Source of the DNA: Persephonella marina EX-H1
GTDB lineage: Bacteria > Aquificota > Aquificia > Aquificales > Hydrogenothermaceae
Assembly (NCBI RefSeq): GCF_000021565.1
Contig: NC_012440.1
Span: 696,210 to 760,209, forward strand
Length of the DNA stretch: 64,000 nt
Reading direction: 5' to 3'
The notes under the pieces are model-generated. The model did not search any database and was not told the DNA's origin. It was given only the letters and a program-made list of their open reading frames with translations. Both the position numbers and the translations under genes were made by a program. This document shows, piece after piece, positions 49,431 through 60,431 of this stretch; the first letter of the stretch is position 1; each line of letters begins with the position of its first letter.

Positions 49431-49990
49431 ATATTCTTCAGAACGAACTCACCAATAGGATTTTCAAACCTTTTGTCTCCACTGTGGTAAGCTGTCCACA
49501 GGTGGAGGCATTTTACTTTAAAAGGTTTTTCCTTGAAATCTCTTATACCACCGATACCGACATTTTTATCAAGTAAGACTGAAAATCTTGGATCGTCTAG
49601 AAACTGAGGATACTTTTCTTTAAAAATCTTTATCCTTTCCTCGATCTCCCTTTCATGTAAGGTTATAAAAAAGCTGAAAAGTGACTCATCAGTGCTTATC
49701 TTTTCAGAAAAGCAGGCTATATAGCCTTTCTCCTCAAGTCTTGATATTTTTGCCCTTATATCCCTATCAAGTATCCAGAATCTTGTAGGCTGGGGTACAT
49801 AGATCTTCCTTTTTTTATCCCATACAACTATATCCTGTCTGAAAACATCAATACTCTTCACGCTCCCACATACTCTTTTCAAATCTAACAACCTTATTTC
49901 TTCCTGTTTCTTTGGCTCTGTAAAGTGCGATATCTGCAAATTTAATACACTGCCAGAATCTATCACTATCATGAGGAAACTCAGAAACAC
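49427..49990 (-). CDS. DUF501-family protein
   Basis: KCLHLWTAYH motif region. The track start is a GTG that overlaps the upstream GGDEF gene by 143 nt, so the true start is uncertain. Confidence 0.5.
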   Translation of the reverse strand: MFLSFLMIVIDSGSVLNLQISHFTEPKKQEEIRLLDLKRVCGSVKSIDVFRQDIVVWDKKRKIYVPQPTRFWILDRDIRAKISRLEEKGYIACFSEKISTDESLFSFFITLHEREIEERIKIFKEKYPQFLDDPRFSVLLDKNVGIGGIRDFKEKPFKVKCLHLWTAYHSGDKRFENPIGEFVLKNI

Positions 49991-51695
49991 CTATACTCAC
50001 CGTTTTCTTTAATGTAACCCCATCTGTGTGTATTACCATATTTTCAACCTTCTTTCTAATCTTCTCTGCTATCTCAACAGATTTTCCTTTTTCCACATCA
50101 ACAAGTAAAACTATAAACTCTTCGCCACCGTACCTGACAACAATATCAGCTTCTCTTACACTTTTATTCAGAATATCAGCAACCCTTTTTAGTACCGTAT
50201 CTCCAACATCATGTCCGTACTGGTCATTAACCTGTTTGAAGAAATCAACATCAACCATAAGTATGCCTATTGTTGATTTTCTTCTTATTGTCTGCTGTGA
50301 AAGTTTTGGTATGAGCTCCTCAAGGAATCTTCTATTGTACAGTCCTGTAAGCTGATCAACAAGTGACTGTTTTCTAAGTTTTTCCATATAAGATTTTGCC
50401 TCAATAACAGGTGCAACCTCTCTGAGGTAAGCCTCAATGAATGGAAGCTTGTTCTTTATATTAACCCTGCTTTCCTTATCGTAAATCAGCTGGAGTATAA
50501 TTCCAACTCTACCACCAACATAGATAGGAATACATGTGAAAAACTCCTCAGCCTCTCCATTCTCACATTTAATAAAGTTAGGACATACACATGCATACTC
50601 CTCAGAAACAACCTCAGATCCTGTTCTTTTCACCCTACACTGATCAGCGTCAAGGAACACAACATCCTTACACCATTTTGTCTCTTCGTCTATATCTATC
50701 AGTTTATTGTTCTCTGTATCTACCTCATAGATAGAGTACTGCTGTATATTCATATCTTTCATTAACTTTCTAAGTCTCAGATAGATATCCTCTTTTGATG
50801 CGTCTTTTTCCACAATCTTTTTAAAGTTGTAAATCTTAACAAGCTCTTCAACTATCATATAGGTATCTTTCAGTGCATTACTGCTTTTGTTAATATTTCC
50901 ACCGATAAGATATGAAACCCTGTTCTCTATGGCTGTGAGTGTGTTGCATAGTTTATCCATTGTTTCATTATATGTATCAGCAACTTCCTTAGCCTCGTCG
51001 TTTGTGTTTATAAACACTCTCTCTGAGAAATCTCCATCCTTAGCTTTGCTCAGTCCTCTTTTCAGTCTTGAGAAAAACTCTGTGTAAGGCTGGAAGAATC
51101 TAAGGATAACAAATGTTGTCATAAGGAATATAAACATTGACATGAATGTTGTCTGTATAAGATTTGCAAAGGTGAAGGATCTTACAGGGGTAAGATCTGT
51201 TTTTATGTATATAGCACCTAAGACGGCACCAGCTTCTACATTATGACATTTAAGACAGTTTATCCTGTTTATAGGCTCTGCCTTGTAAGGAAGTATGAGA
51301 ACATAGCTGACTTTATCAAAGGTCTCTTCAAGTTTTTCGTAGGGTATTCCTGTCTGTAAAACCTTCAGTTCAGCTTCCGTTTTTGGCTTTTCATTTTCAG
51401 AACCTTCTCCATACTGCTGAACAACTTTATCTCCCCTTATAACCCTTATCTCCTCTATATTTCTATGTTCAAGCTTTATATTACTTAAAAATAGATCCCT
51501 TTTATCTATCTTCCCGATCTCCATAAGTGTTGTGAGGGAGTCTCTGACTATCTCTGCTATAACCGATGACTGATTCTTAACGTGGTTGATATTAACCTCT
51601 CTGAAGCTTTTGTACTCAAGTATCTGATTGACAAGGAACAGTATAAAAAGTAGTACAGCTACTCTTAACAGTAATTTAGATCGTATTGATTTCAT
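49848..51695 (-). CDS. Membrane diguanylate cyclase with a periplasmic c-type-haem sensor, HAMP, a Cys-rich GAF-like domain and GGDEF
   Basis: TM1, a periplasmic domain of about 150 aa ending in NCLKCHN (CxxCH, residues 147-151) just before TM2, a HAMP domain, a central Cys-rich domain, then GGDEF (RYGGEEF) with an I-site. Confidence 0.8.
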   Translation of the reverse strand: MKSIRSKLLLRVAVLLFILFLVNQILEYKSFREVNINHVKNQSSVIAEIVRDSLTTLMEIGKIDKRDLFLSNIKLEHRNIEEIRVIRGDKVVQQYGEGSENEKPKTEAELKVLQTGIPYEKLEETFDKVSYVLILPYKAEPINRINCLKCHNVEAGAVLGAIYIKTDLTPVRSFTFANLIQTTFMSMFIFLMTTFVILRFFQPYTEFFSRLKRGLSKAKDGDFSERVFINTNDEAKEVADTYNETMDKLCNTLTAIENRVSYLIGGNINKSSNALKDTYMIVEELVKIYNFKKIVEKDASKEDIYLRLRKLMKDMNIQQYSIYEVDTENNKLIDIDEETKWCKDVVFLDADQCRVKRTGSEVVSEEYACVCPNFIKCENGEAEEFFTCIPIYVGGRVGIILQLIYDKESRVNIKNKLPFIEAYLREVAPVIEAKSYMEKLRKQSLVDQLTGLYNRRFLEELIPKLSQQTIRRKSTIGILMVDVDFFKQVNDQYGHDVGDTVLKRVADILNKSVREADIVVRYGGEEFIVLLVDVEKGKSVEIAEKIRKKVENMVIHTDGVTLKKTVSIGVSEFPHDSDRFWQCIKFADIALYRAKETGRNKVVRFEKSMWEREEY

Positions 51696-51758
51696 CTAAA
51701 AACTCCAGATATTATATACAGGTATTTATTATTATTACTATTCGGAACGGAAAAGTAA

Positions 51759-52307
51759 ATGTTTAAAAAAAGAATATTTATAGGTAGTTTTATCAAACTA
51801 AGTAATACTAAATTCTATACGAGAATAAAGAAGGATTTTGGCGGAATAACAACGGGAAGATGGGTTCCGGTACAGAACTTTCACATAACATACAGATTTA
51901 TCGGAGATGTTACCAGTAAGGAGCTTGAAGATATATACTCTCTCCTGAAAAATGAGATAAACTATCCACGGACTGTCAGTCTTAATCTTAAAGGGGTTGG
52001 AGCTTTCCCAAATATTAGTAATCCAAGGGTCTTTTTTATAAAAGTTGAGGACAGTAATGGAGATCTTGTTGAGATAAACAACTTTATACAGGACAGACTT
52101 TCAGTTCTAGGTTACAAAAAAGAGATCAAACCGTTTGTTCCACATATTACACTCAAAAGGCTTAAGGGTGTAAAAAGGGAAGATTTTGTTGAAAAAGTGA
52201 AGAAGTATGAGGATATTCTTTTTGATACTCAGGAAAGTCTTGAGGTAAATATTATTGAAAGTATACTCACACCTCAGGGGGCTGTTTATAAGAAAATACT
52301 GCTGTGA
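51759..52307 (+). CDS. thpR: RNA 2',3'-cyclic phosphodiesterase ThpR / LigT (2H phosphoesterase)
   Basis: Two H-x-T-x motifs (HITYRF, HITLKR) at the correct spacing in a protein of about 180 aa. Confidence 0.8.
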   Translation: MFKKRIFIGSFIKLSNTKFYTRIKKDFGGITTGRWVPVQNFHITYRFIGDVTSKELEDIYSLLKNEINYPRTVSLNLKGVGAFPNISNPRVFFIKVEDSNGDLVEINNFIQDRLSVLGYKKEIKPFVPHITLKRLKGVKREDFVEKVKKYEDILFDTQESLEVNIIESILTPQGAVYKKILL

Positions 52308-52384
52308 AATGTTAATATATATTGCAAAATTTATGATTGATTTCATTTTTTATCTAATTAGATATATGTTATCAGATACCGTAG

Positions 52385-53779
<1,395 letters not shown>

Positions 53780-53784
53780 ATGCT

Positions 53785-53806
53785 GGGGGCTTTCAGCCCC
53801 TTTCTA
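53785..53806 (+). terminator. Intrinsic terminator GGGGGCT-ttc-AGCCCC-TTTCT after thiC
   Basis: GC-rich hairpin 6 nt after the thiC stop, followed by a U-rich tract. Confidence 0.55.
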
Positions 53807-53818
53807 TCAAGGTAATAG

Positions 53819-54790
53819 ATGGAGAAGATAGAAAACATACTTGAAAGTATTGAAGACCCAATCGTTGTAACTGATTTCAAAGGGGAGATAATTTATCTTA
53901 ACCAGTCAGCTCAACAGCTAAAAGCCCAGATAGGAAAAAGACATTTTTATGAGCTTATAAATTATCCATTAACGCTTAAACATGTTAAAAACAGGATATC
54001 TGTTAAAAGTATATTCAAGGAGATAGAAAAGAGTAAGTTTTTGATAGATGCCTTTCCTTATGGAGACGATGGAGTAACCCTTCTTATAAGGGATATAACC
54101 AGATTTATTGAGCTTGAGGAGAAAAATAAGAAGGAGGGATGGATAGTAACGATCTCAAGGCTGATATCAAACATATTTCACGATATGAAAGGACCTATAG
54201 GTGGTATAAAAGGTTCTGCACAGCTTTTAAAAGAAGACCCATCAGATCAGGAGCTTATAGAGGATATACTCTACGAGGTTAAAAGACTTGAAAGTATGAT
54301 AAATGATGTAACATTAATAACAAAAACTATTAAACTACAGAAGGAAAAAACTAATATTCATATGCTTATAGACAGAGCCATAAAATCTCTTAAGTCCCAG
54401 TATCCGGAGATTGAGTTTGAAAGGATATACGACCCGAGCTTACCTGATATTGAACTTGACAGGGAGTATATGCTGAGAGTTCTGATAAATATAATCAGAA
54501 ATGGTATAGAGGCTGTTGAAGGAAAAGGAAAAATAACAGTTTACACAGGTATCTCTTGGGACAAGGTTTACTCACCAAAGGGAAACAAGATATTTATAAG
54601 AATAAAGGACAGCGGGAAGGGAGTTCCTGAAGAGATCATTGATAAGCTTTTTGTTCCTTTTACATCTACAAAAAAAGGAGGAATGGGTATAGGACTTTCC
54701 TCTTCATACAAGATAGTTAAAGAGCATGGAGGTGTTCTCAGATACATAGGGGATGCTACATTTGAAATACTACTTCCCTACAAGGAGTAA
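53819..54790 (+). CDS. Sensor histidine kinase (cytoplasmic, NtrB-like)
   Basis: PAS-like N-terminus, an H-box (FHDMKGPIGGIKGSAQLL) and HATPase N/G boxes (IRNGIEA, DSGKGV, GGMGIGL). Confidence 0.8.
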   Translation: MEKIENILESIEDPIVVTDFKGEIIYLNQSAQQLKAQIGKRHFYELINYPLTLKHVKNRISVKSIFKEIEKSKFLIDAFPYGDDGVTLLIRDITRFIELEEKNKKEGWIVTISRLISNIFHDMKGPIGGIKGSAQLLKEDPSDQELIEDILYEVKRLESMINDVTLITKTIKLQKEKTNIHMLIDRAIKSLKSQYPEIEFERIYDPSLPDIELDREYMLRVLINIIRNGIEAVEGKGKITVYTGISWDKVYSPKGNKIFIRIKDSGKGVPEEIIDKLFVPFTSTKKGGMGIGLSSSYKIVKEHGGVLRYIGDATFEILLPYKE

Positions 54791-54792
54791 AG

Positions 54793-56172
54793 ATGAAGGC
54801 ACTTGTTTTTGATGATGAGAGAACGATAAGAAATGTTCTTAAAAAGGTTCTTATGAAAGAAGACCTTACAGTAAAAACATACGAAAGTGGGAAAGATGCT
54901 GTCCAGATCATTCAGGAAGAGCTACCTGATATAGTCTTCCTTGATATATCACTTGGAGATGCTGACGGGCTTGAGATACTTAAACAGGTTATAGGCTTTG
55001 AGAACAAACCTTATGTTGTTATGATATCAGGTCATAACGAGTACAACTATCTTATAGAAGCCATGAAGCTTGGTGCTTATGACTACATACCAAAGCCCTT
55101 TGATATAGAAAGAATAAGAAAGGTTGTGAATGATATAAAAAAGATAGCAGGAGCACAGACAGTCTCTGAAACCCTTGATATAGATATAGTAGGTAAAAGC
55201 CCATCTATGGGTGAGATATTCAAGATGGTAGGTAGAGCTGGAGCAAGTGATGAGCCTGTTCTTATAACAGGTGAAAGCGGAACAGGTAAAGAGGTGATAG
55301 CGAAGCTTATACACAGATACAGCAACAGATCAGACAGACCTTTTATCGCTATAAACTGTGCAGCTATTCCCTCAGGACTTATAGAGTCAGAGCTTTTCGG
55401 TTACGAGAAAGGTGCGTTTACAGGAGCTGACAAACCAAAGAAAGGAAAGTTTTTACTTGCAGACGGTGGAACGATATTCCTTGATGAGATAAGCGAGATG
55501 TCTCTTGAAGCCCAGAGTAAGCTTCTTAGAGTTCTTCAGGAAATGGAGGTAACACCTGTAGGTTCATCAAAAACATACAGCATTGATGTTAGAGTTATAT
55601 CGGCAACAAACAGGGATCTTATAAAGCTTGTTGCAGAAGGTAAGTTCAGGGAGGATCTTTTCTACAGACTTTCAGTTATAGAGATACATATACCTCCTCT
55701 CAGGGAAAGGAAAGAGGACATACCTGATCTTATAGAGCTTTTCTCAAAACAGGCTATGAAAAAGTACGGTCTGAAAAGGGGTGGTTTTACGAAAGAAGCT
55801 GTGGAAGTTATGATGAACTATGACTATCCTGGAAATGTGAGGGAGCTTAAAAATATAGTAAACAAGCTTATAGCACTTCACAGGGAAAGGCCTATAACAC
55901 CAGATCTTATACCTCCAAAGATAACAGGTTCAGAAGATTTTGGTGGAACAGACTGGAGGAGTGGTTTTGTAAAGGAGGCAAGAAGTCTGATACTTCAGAA
56001 CAAGAAAAATATCTACGTAAAAATGATAGAAGAGGCAGAGAAACTGGTTATACAGGAAGTTTTAAAGCATACAAACGGGAATATATCGGAAGCAGCTAAA
56101 TATCTTGGGATTCATAGAAATACTATCCACAGGAAAATAGAAGATTTAAATATATCTGTAAATAAGTTATGA
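54793..56172 (+). CDS. Sigma-54-dependent response regulator (NtrC family)
   Basis: Receiver domain, an AAA+ sigma-54 interaction domain ([23 protein letters not shown] with GAFTGA) and a C-terminal Fis-type HTH. Confidence 0.9.
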   Translation: MKALVFDDERTIRNVLKKVLMKEDLTVKTYESGKDAVQIIQEELPDIVFLDISLGDADGLEILKQVIGFENKPYVVMISGHNEYNYLIEAMKLGAYDYIPKPFDIERIRKVVNDIKKIAGAQTVSETLDIDIVGKSPSMGEIFKMVGRAGASDEPVLITGESGTGKEVIAKLIHRYSNRSDRPFIAINCAAIPSGLIESELFGYEKGAFTGADKPKKGKFLLADGGTIFLDEISEMSLEAQSKLLRVLQEMEVTPVGSSKTYSIDVRVISATNRDLIKLVAEGKFREDLFYRLSVIEIHIPPLRERKEDIPDLIELFSKQAMKKYGLKRGGFTKEAVEVMMNYDYPGNVRELKNIVNKLIALHRERPITPDLIPPKITGSEDFGGTDWRSGFVKEARSLILQNKKNIYVKMIEEAEKLVIQEVLKHTNGNISEAAKYLGIHRNTIHRKIEDLNISVNKL

Positions 56173-56209
56173 TTATATATATAAAGTCCTACAGGAAATA
56201 AAAACAGTT

Positions 56210-57508
56210 ATGAAAAAAATTTTTAAATTTGCACTGCTGTTTGTCTTCTTATCATTTGTTTTTAGCTGTGCACCTAAACCTGCAGAGTATGAGGAGAAAA
56301 GAATCCAGAACAGCCAGTATTACTACAAGATAGGTCTTTCATATCTCAACAGCGGTAATATAGCACAGGCTATTTACTATCTTAATAAGGCATACGAGAT
56401 TGATCCTGAAGATCCTGACATCCTTAATGCCCTGGGTATCGCATATACGAATGTTAAAGAGTATTCAAGGGCCAAAGAGTTTTTCCTTAAATCTATAGAG
56501 ATCCTCCCTGATAAACCTGAGACATACACAAATCTCGGTGTTTTACTGGCACAGGAAGGAAATTACGAACAGGCACTGTGGTATTTAGAAAAGGCTATAG
56601 AAAACCCGAATTACAGAAATAAAGAAAAAGCCCTTTATAACATTGCTGTTGTTTACAGAAAGATGGGTAATCTTCCCAAATTTGAGGAGGCTTTAAAAAG
56701 GACAATATCATATAATCCTTACTTTATGAATGCATATATAACACTTGGAAATTACTACATACTCCAGAAGAGATATACAGATGCATACGATATATTTACG
56801 AGGGCTGTAAATGCAGGTCTTGTAAATCCATATATATATCTTGGTCTTGGAAAGGCTTACTACTATCTAGGTGAGTATGAAAAATCAAGATATTTCTTCC
56901 AGAAGGCTAAGAAGGTAGCTGGGGATGATATGTTCGTAAAGCAGGAAGCTGTAAAATTTATAGATATAGTTGATAGAAAGATAGTTGAGAAAAAAGAAAG
57001 GGAGATAAAAGAACAGAGTGTAAAAAAGAAGGTTAGTGTTAAGCGGGTTGTTAAAAAAGAGATAAGAAAAGAAGATAAAGTTGTAGAAACATTGGACACA
57101 GGTAAAGATCTATCTGAACCAGAAAAGAAGGAAGAATCCCCTGTTATGGAAGAAAAGAAACCGGAAAAAGAAAAGAGCGAAAATGAAAGGGTTAAGATTG
57201 GAGGAGAAAGGGATACAAAAGTAGCAAAGAGATCTGTTCCGGAGACGCCTAAGAAGGTTATTAAACCAAAAATAAGATTTTATGTTCAGGTAGGTGTTTT
57301 CTCGGATGAAAAATCTGCCATGGATATTTATGAAAAACTTAAAGAAAAGGGTTTTGAACCTCAGATCAAGAGAAGAAATATAGATGGTACAGAGTATTAT
57401 TTTGTTATAATAGGATATTTCAAAAGTTACCTTGAGGCTTCAAGGTTTTATAGAAAAAATCTTAAGCCGGACGGCTTTAAAGGAATAGTAAAATTTGTTA
57501 GAAAGTAG
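56210..57508 (+). CDS. TPR-repeat lipoprotein with a C-terminal SPOR peptidoglycan-binding domain
   Basis: Lipobox (FVFSC), about 6 TPR repeats, a Lys/Glu linker and a SPOR domain (FYVQVGVFSDEKSAMDIYEKLKEKGFEP). Confidence 0.75.
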   Translation: MKKIFKFALLFVFLSFVFSCAPKPAEYEEKRIQNSQYYYKIGLSYLNSGNIAQAIYYLNKAYEIDPEDPDILNALGIAYTNVKEYSRAKEFFLKSIEILPDKPETYTNLGVLLAQEGNYEQALWYLEKAIENPNYRNKEKALYNIAVVYRKMGNLPKFEEALKRTISYNPYFMNAYITLGNYYILQKRYTDAYDIFTRAVNAGLVNPYIYLGLGKAYYYLGEYEKSRYFFQKAKKVAGDDMFVKQEAVKFIDIVDRKIVEKKEREIKEQSVKKKVSVKRVVKKEIRKEDKVVETLDTGKDLSEPEKKEESPVMEEKKPEKEKSENERVKIGGERDTKVAKRSVPETPKKVIKPKIRFYVQVGVFSDEKSAMDIYEKLKEKGFEPQIKRRNIDGTEYYFVIIGYFKSYLEASRFYRKNLKPDGFKGIVKFVRK

Positions 57509-58478
57509 GAGTGAGATGGAAGGAAAAAAGATAGATATCTCAGTGGTTATACCGATCTTTGATGAGGAAGAAAATCTACCCCTTCTTTACGAAAAACTTA
57601 AAAAAGTTCTTGATAGTCTTGGAAAGGAGTATGAGATCATCTTTGTTAATGACGGAAGTAGAGATAGATCATGGGAGATCATAAAGGAGTTTGCTGAGAA
57701 AGACAGCCATGTTGTTGGTGTTAATTTCAGAAAAAACTTTGGTCAGACAGCTGCGATGTCAGCCGGGTTTGAAACAGCCAGAGGTGAAGTGATAATAACT
57801 ATGGATGGTGATCTCCAGAATGACCCTGAGGATATTCCTAAACTTCTTGAGCTTATAGATCAGGGTTACGATATAGTTAGTGGATGGAGAAAAGATAGAA
57901 AGGATGCCTTTTTAAGCAGAACTCTACCTTCAAGAATTGCAAACTGGCTTATATCTAAAGTTACAGGTGTTCATCTCCATGATTACGGCTGTTCCCTGAA
58001 AGCATACAGGGCTGATGTGGCAAAACAGCTTGATTTTTACGGTGAGATGCACAGATTCCTGCCAGCCTTATCAAAATCTATAGGGGCAAAAATCACTGAG
58101 ATTCCTGTAAAACACCATCCGAGGATATATGGAAAATCAAAATACGGTATATCAAGAACATTCAAAGTACTACTTGACCTTATGCTTGTTAAATTTTTAC
58201 TTGATTACAGAACAAAGCCTTTGAGGGTTTTTGGAGGAACAGGGGCTGTTTTATTTCTGTTTGGATCTATAACACTTTCTTATCTGGTTCTGATAAAGGT
58301 TCTGTTTGGTCAGGACATTGGGAACAGGCCTCTTTTGATATTTGGAACTCTTTTTGTTCTCTCAGGTATACAGCTTGTATCCACAGGGATTGTAGCTGAG
58401 CTTATAACAAGGACATACTATGAGTCCCAGGGCAAGAGACCGTATATTATCAAGGAAATAGTTAAGAAAGAAAGCTAA
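57495..58478 (+). CDS. Polyprenyl-phosphate glycosyltransferase (GT2, ArnC/GtrB/DPM1-like)
   Basis: ISVVIPIFDEEENL...FVNDGSRDRS, a DGDLQND DxD motif and two C-terminal TM helices. Confidence 0.85.
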   Translation: MLESRSEMEGKKIDISVVIPIFDEEENLPLLYEKLKKVLDSLGKEYEIIFVNDGSRDRSWEIIKEFAEKDSHVVGVNFRKNFGQTAAMSAGFETARGEVIITMDGDLQNDPEDIPKLLELIDQGYDIVSGWRKDRKDAFLSRTLPSRIANWLISKVTGVHLHDYGCSLKAYRADVAKQLDFYGEMHRFLPALSKSIGAKITEIPVKHHPRIYGKSKYGISRTFKVLLDLMLVKFLLDYRTKPLRVFGGTGAVLFLFGSITLSYLVLIKVLFGQDIGNRPLLIFGTLFVLSGIQLVSTGIVAELITRTYYESQGKRPYIIKEIVKKES

Positions 58479-58479
58479 A

Positions 58480-59343
58480 TTGAAAAAGTATATAAAGATA
58501 TTTGAATTAATCGTCTCATTAGCTGTAACTGGAGGATTTATATACCTTTTTTATGTTGTAATAGGTTTTGAGAAGCTGATATACTTTTTGAAAAAAGTTT
58601 CCCCTACAGATCTTTTTATAGCTTTCATACTTTACCTTTTTTCATATATAACAAGAACATACAGATGGAAGATAACCCTTGAGATAAAAGATTTTAAAAA
58701 GCTCTTCAAGATCACATCATTCAACACTGTGTTTAATATATTTCTCCCTTTCAGAACAGGAGAGCTCTCCTTTTTCTATATGTTAAAAAAAGAGAATGTA
58801 CCTTTCAAAGAAAGTGCAATAAGCTTTTTTACAGTGAGATTTTTTGATGCTGTATCACTTTTTACAGTTTTCCTCTCCTCATATCTGGTATATAAGGGTT
58901 TTACACTTTTTTCATTACTGCTTGTTTTAGTGATGCCTTTCAGTTTTTATATAATCAAGTTTATGGCAGGTTACATAAAGATAGAAAAGTTACAGAACTT
59001 TAACAGAAATGTCCTTACTGTAAAGAATATCCTTGTTCTGTATATACTCTCAGTACTTACTTTTGTTTTCAAATTCTCAGGTTTTTACTTTGTTATCCCC
59101 CACGGTATTGATCTAACATTTATTGAAAACTTTTTTGCAGCGGCAGCCGGGGATTTTACAACAATCCTTCCAATACACGGCGTTGCAGGGATAGGAACGT
59201 ATGAGGGAGGTTATGCTGGAATACTTTACCTTTCAGGACTTGATAAGGATACAGCTCTCCTGTCCTCAGTTTTTGTCCACATTTTCATACTTATAGGGGC
59301 AGCTTTTATAGCAGGTTTCAGCTATATATTTTTAAGAAAATAA
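58480..59343 (+). CDS. UPF0104 / lysylphosphatidylglycerol-synthase-TM-domain (flippase-like) membrane protein
   Basis: 8 TM helices and a conserved YITRTYRW motif. Commonly paired with polyprenyl-P GT2 enzymes. Confidence 0.65.
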   Translation: MKKYIKIFELIVSLAVTGGFIYLFYVVIGFEKLIYFLKKVSPTDLFIAFILYLFSYITRTYRWKITLEIKDFKKLFKITSFNTVFNIFLPFRTGELSFFYMLKKENVPFKESAISFFTVRFFDAVSLFTVFLSSYLVYKGFTLFSLLLVLVMPFSFYIIKFMAGYIKIEKLQNFNRNVLTVKNILVLYILSVLTFVFKFSGFYFVIPHGIDLTFIENFFAAAAGDFTTILPIHGVAGIGTYEGGYAGILYLSGLDKDTALLSSVFVHIFILIGAAFIAGFSYIFLRK

Positions 59344-60309
59344 TTATTTTTTACCAAAAAGCTGTTCTAACTTTTCTTTAACAATCTCAGATGTGATCTT
59401 TGTTACATCCTCCTTTATACTGTCTTTTATTGTTTCCTTGAGATCCTTCTCTATCTTGGAAACGAGATTCTCCTTAATCTCTTTTTTCAGAGACTCTTTA
59501 AGATCCTCAAGCTCCTTCTCTGTTCTATCAATAAAATCTTTCTGTAGGTCAGATATCAGCTTCTGTATCGCATCATCATTTTTAAGGTCATTTACAAGCT
59601 TCTCAACAGTCAGCTCTATTATCATCCTTTTAAGCTCTTCAGGAGAGATCTCAATCTCAAGCTTTATATTATTCGAGGGCTGGCTCTTAGGGATAACCTC
59701 ATTTTTTTCAGGTATATTTACAGTTTCCTCAAATATTCCTGAATCCGGTATTACCTCTTCAATGCTTGCAGGTATGTTCTCATCAAGATTTATCTCCTCA
59801 ATATTTTCCTCTACCTGAGGTATTTCCTGAATAATTGATTCTATATCGCTGCCCTTATCTTCAGATGAGACTTCGTTCCCACCAAAATCACCAAGTAATG
59901 CCTCTATATCCTCAGGGGGTTGATACACCTCTTCTGAAAAACTTTCCTCTTTTTTCAGTTCGGAGGAAGCCCGTTTTACAGACTCTATAAGTTTTTCATC
60001 CTCTTCATTTTTTATAAAGAACTGTATTGATACATTTTCAGGAAGTTCCTTTCTGTCAATAGGGTTTTCCTTTGATACAAGTATCTCAAACTTTTTGTCT
60101 TCAAGTTTATCCCTTGTTAAGAGAAATTTAAGATCATCCACAGCAAAGTCACCTGCTGATGCATCGTATATGATAATATCAGGATTAAAACTGCTTATAT
60201 CTTTCAGCATACTTAAACTGTCTATATACAGCTGTACATTCAGATCTGAAAGTCTGGATTTGATTTTGTTTGATAGCTCCTGATCAAAAGAGATAACAGC
60301 GATATTCAT
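59344..60309 (-). CDS. Hypothetical acidic protein with a degenerate receiver-like N-terminus and a Lys/Glu coiled-coil C-terminus
   Basis: 321 aa. MNIAVISFDQEL...DIIIYDAS resembles a CheY-like fold start. The middle is Glu/Asp/Ser-rich and the C-terminal 100 aa are KE-rich. Confidence 0.45.
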   Translation of the reverse strand: MNIAVISFDQELSNKIKSRLSDLNVQLYIDSLSMLKDISSFNPDIIIYDASAGDFAVDDLKFLLTRDKLEDKKFEILVSKENPIDRKELPENVSIQFFIKNEEDEKLIESVKRASSELKKEESFSEEVYQPPEDIEALLGDFGGNEVSSEDKGSDIESIIQEIPQVEENIEEINLDENIPASIEEVIPDSGIFEETVNIPEKNEVIPKSQPSNNIKLEIEISPEELKRMIIELTVEKLVNDLKNDDAIQKLISDLQKDFIDRTEKELEDLKESLKKEIKENLVSKIEKDLKETIKDSIKEDVTKITSEIVKEKLEQLFGKK

Positions 60310-60382
60310 TTTAAGATCCCTCCATTTTTATTAAGAATATTTCGTAATTTTATCAGTGAAAAATTAATTTTTAAAGTTTGTC

Positions 60383-60431
60383 TTGACATAAGGATCTTCA
60401 CTTAATAAAATTATGACTGATGAGTCAGTCA
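60383..60431 (+). promoter_or_regulatory. Promoter (TTGACA-17-TAAAAT) plus a palindromic operator overlapping the TetR start codon
   Basis: -35 at 60383-60388 and -10 at 60406-60411. The inverted repeat TGACTGA-tgag-TCAGTCA at 60414-60431 spans the ATG at 60420, so the predicted transcript is leaderless or nearly so. Confidence 0.5.
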
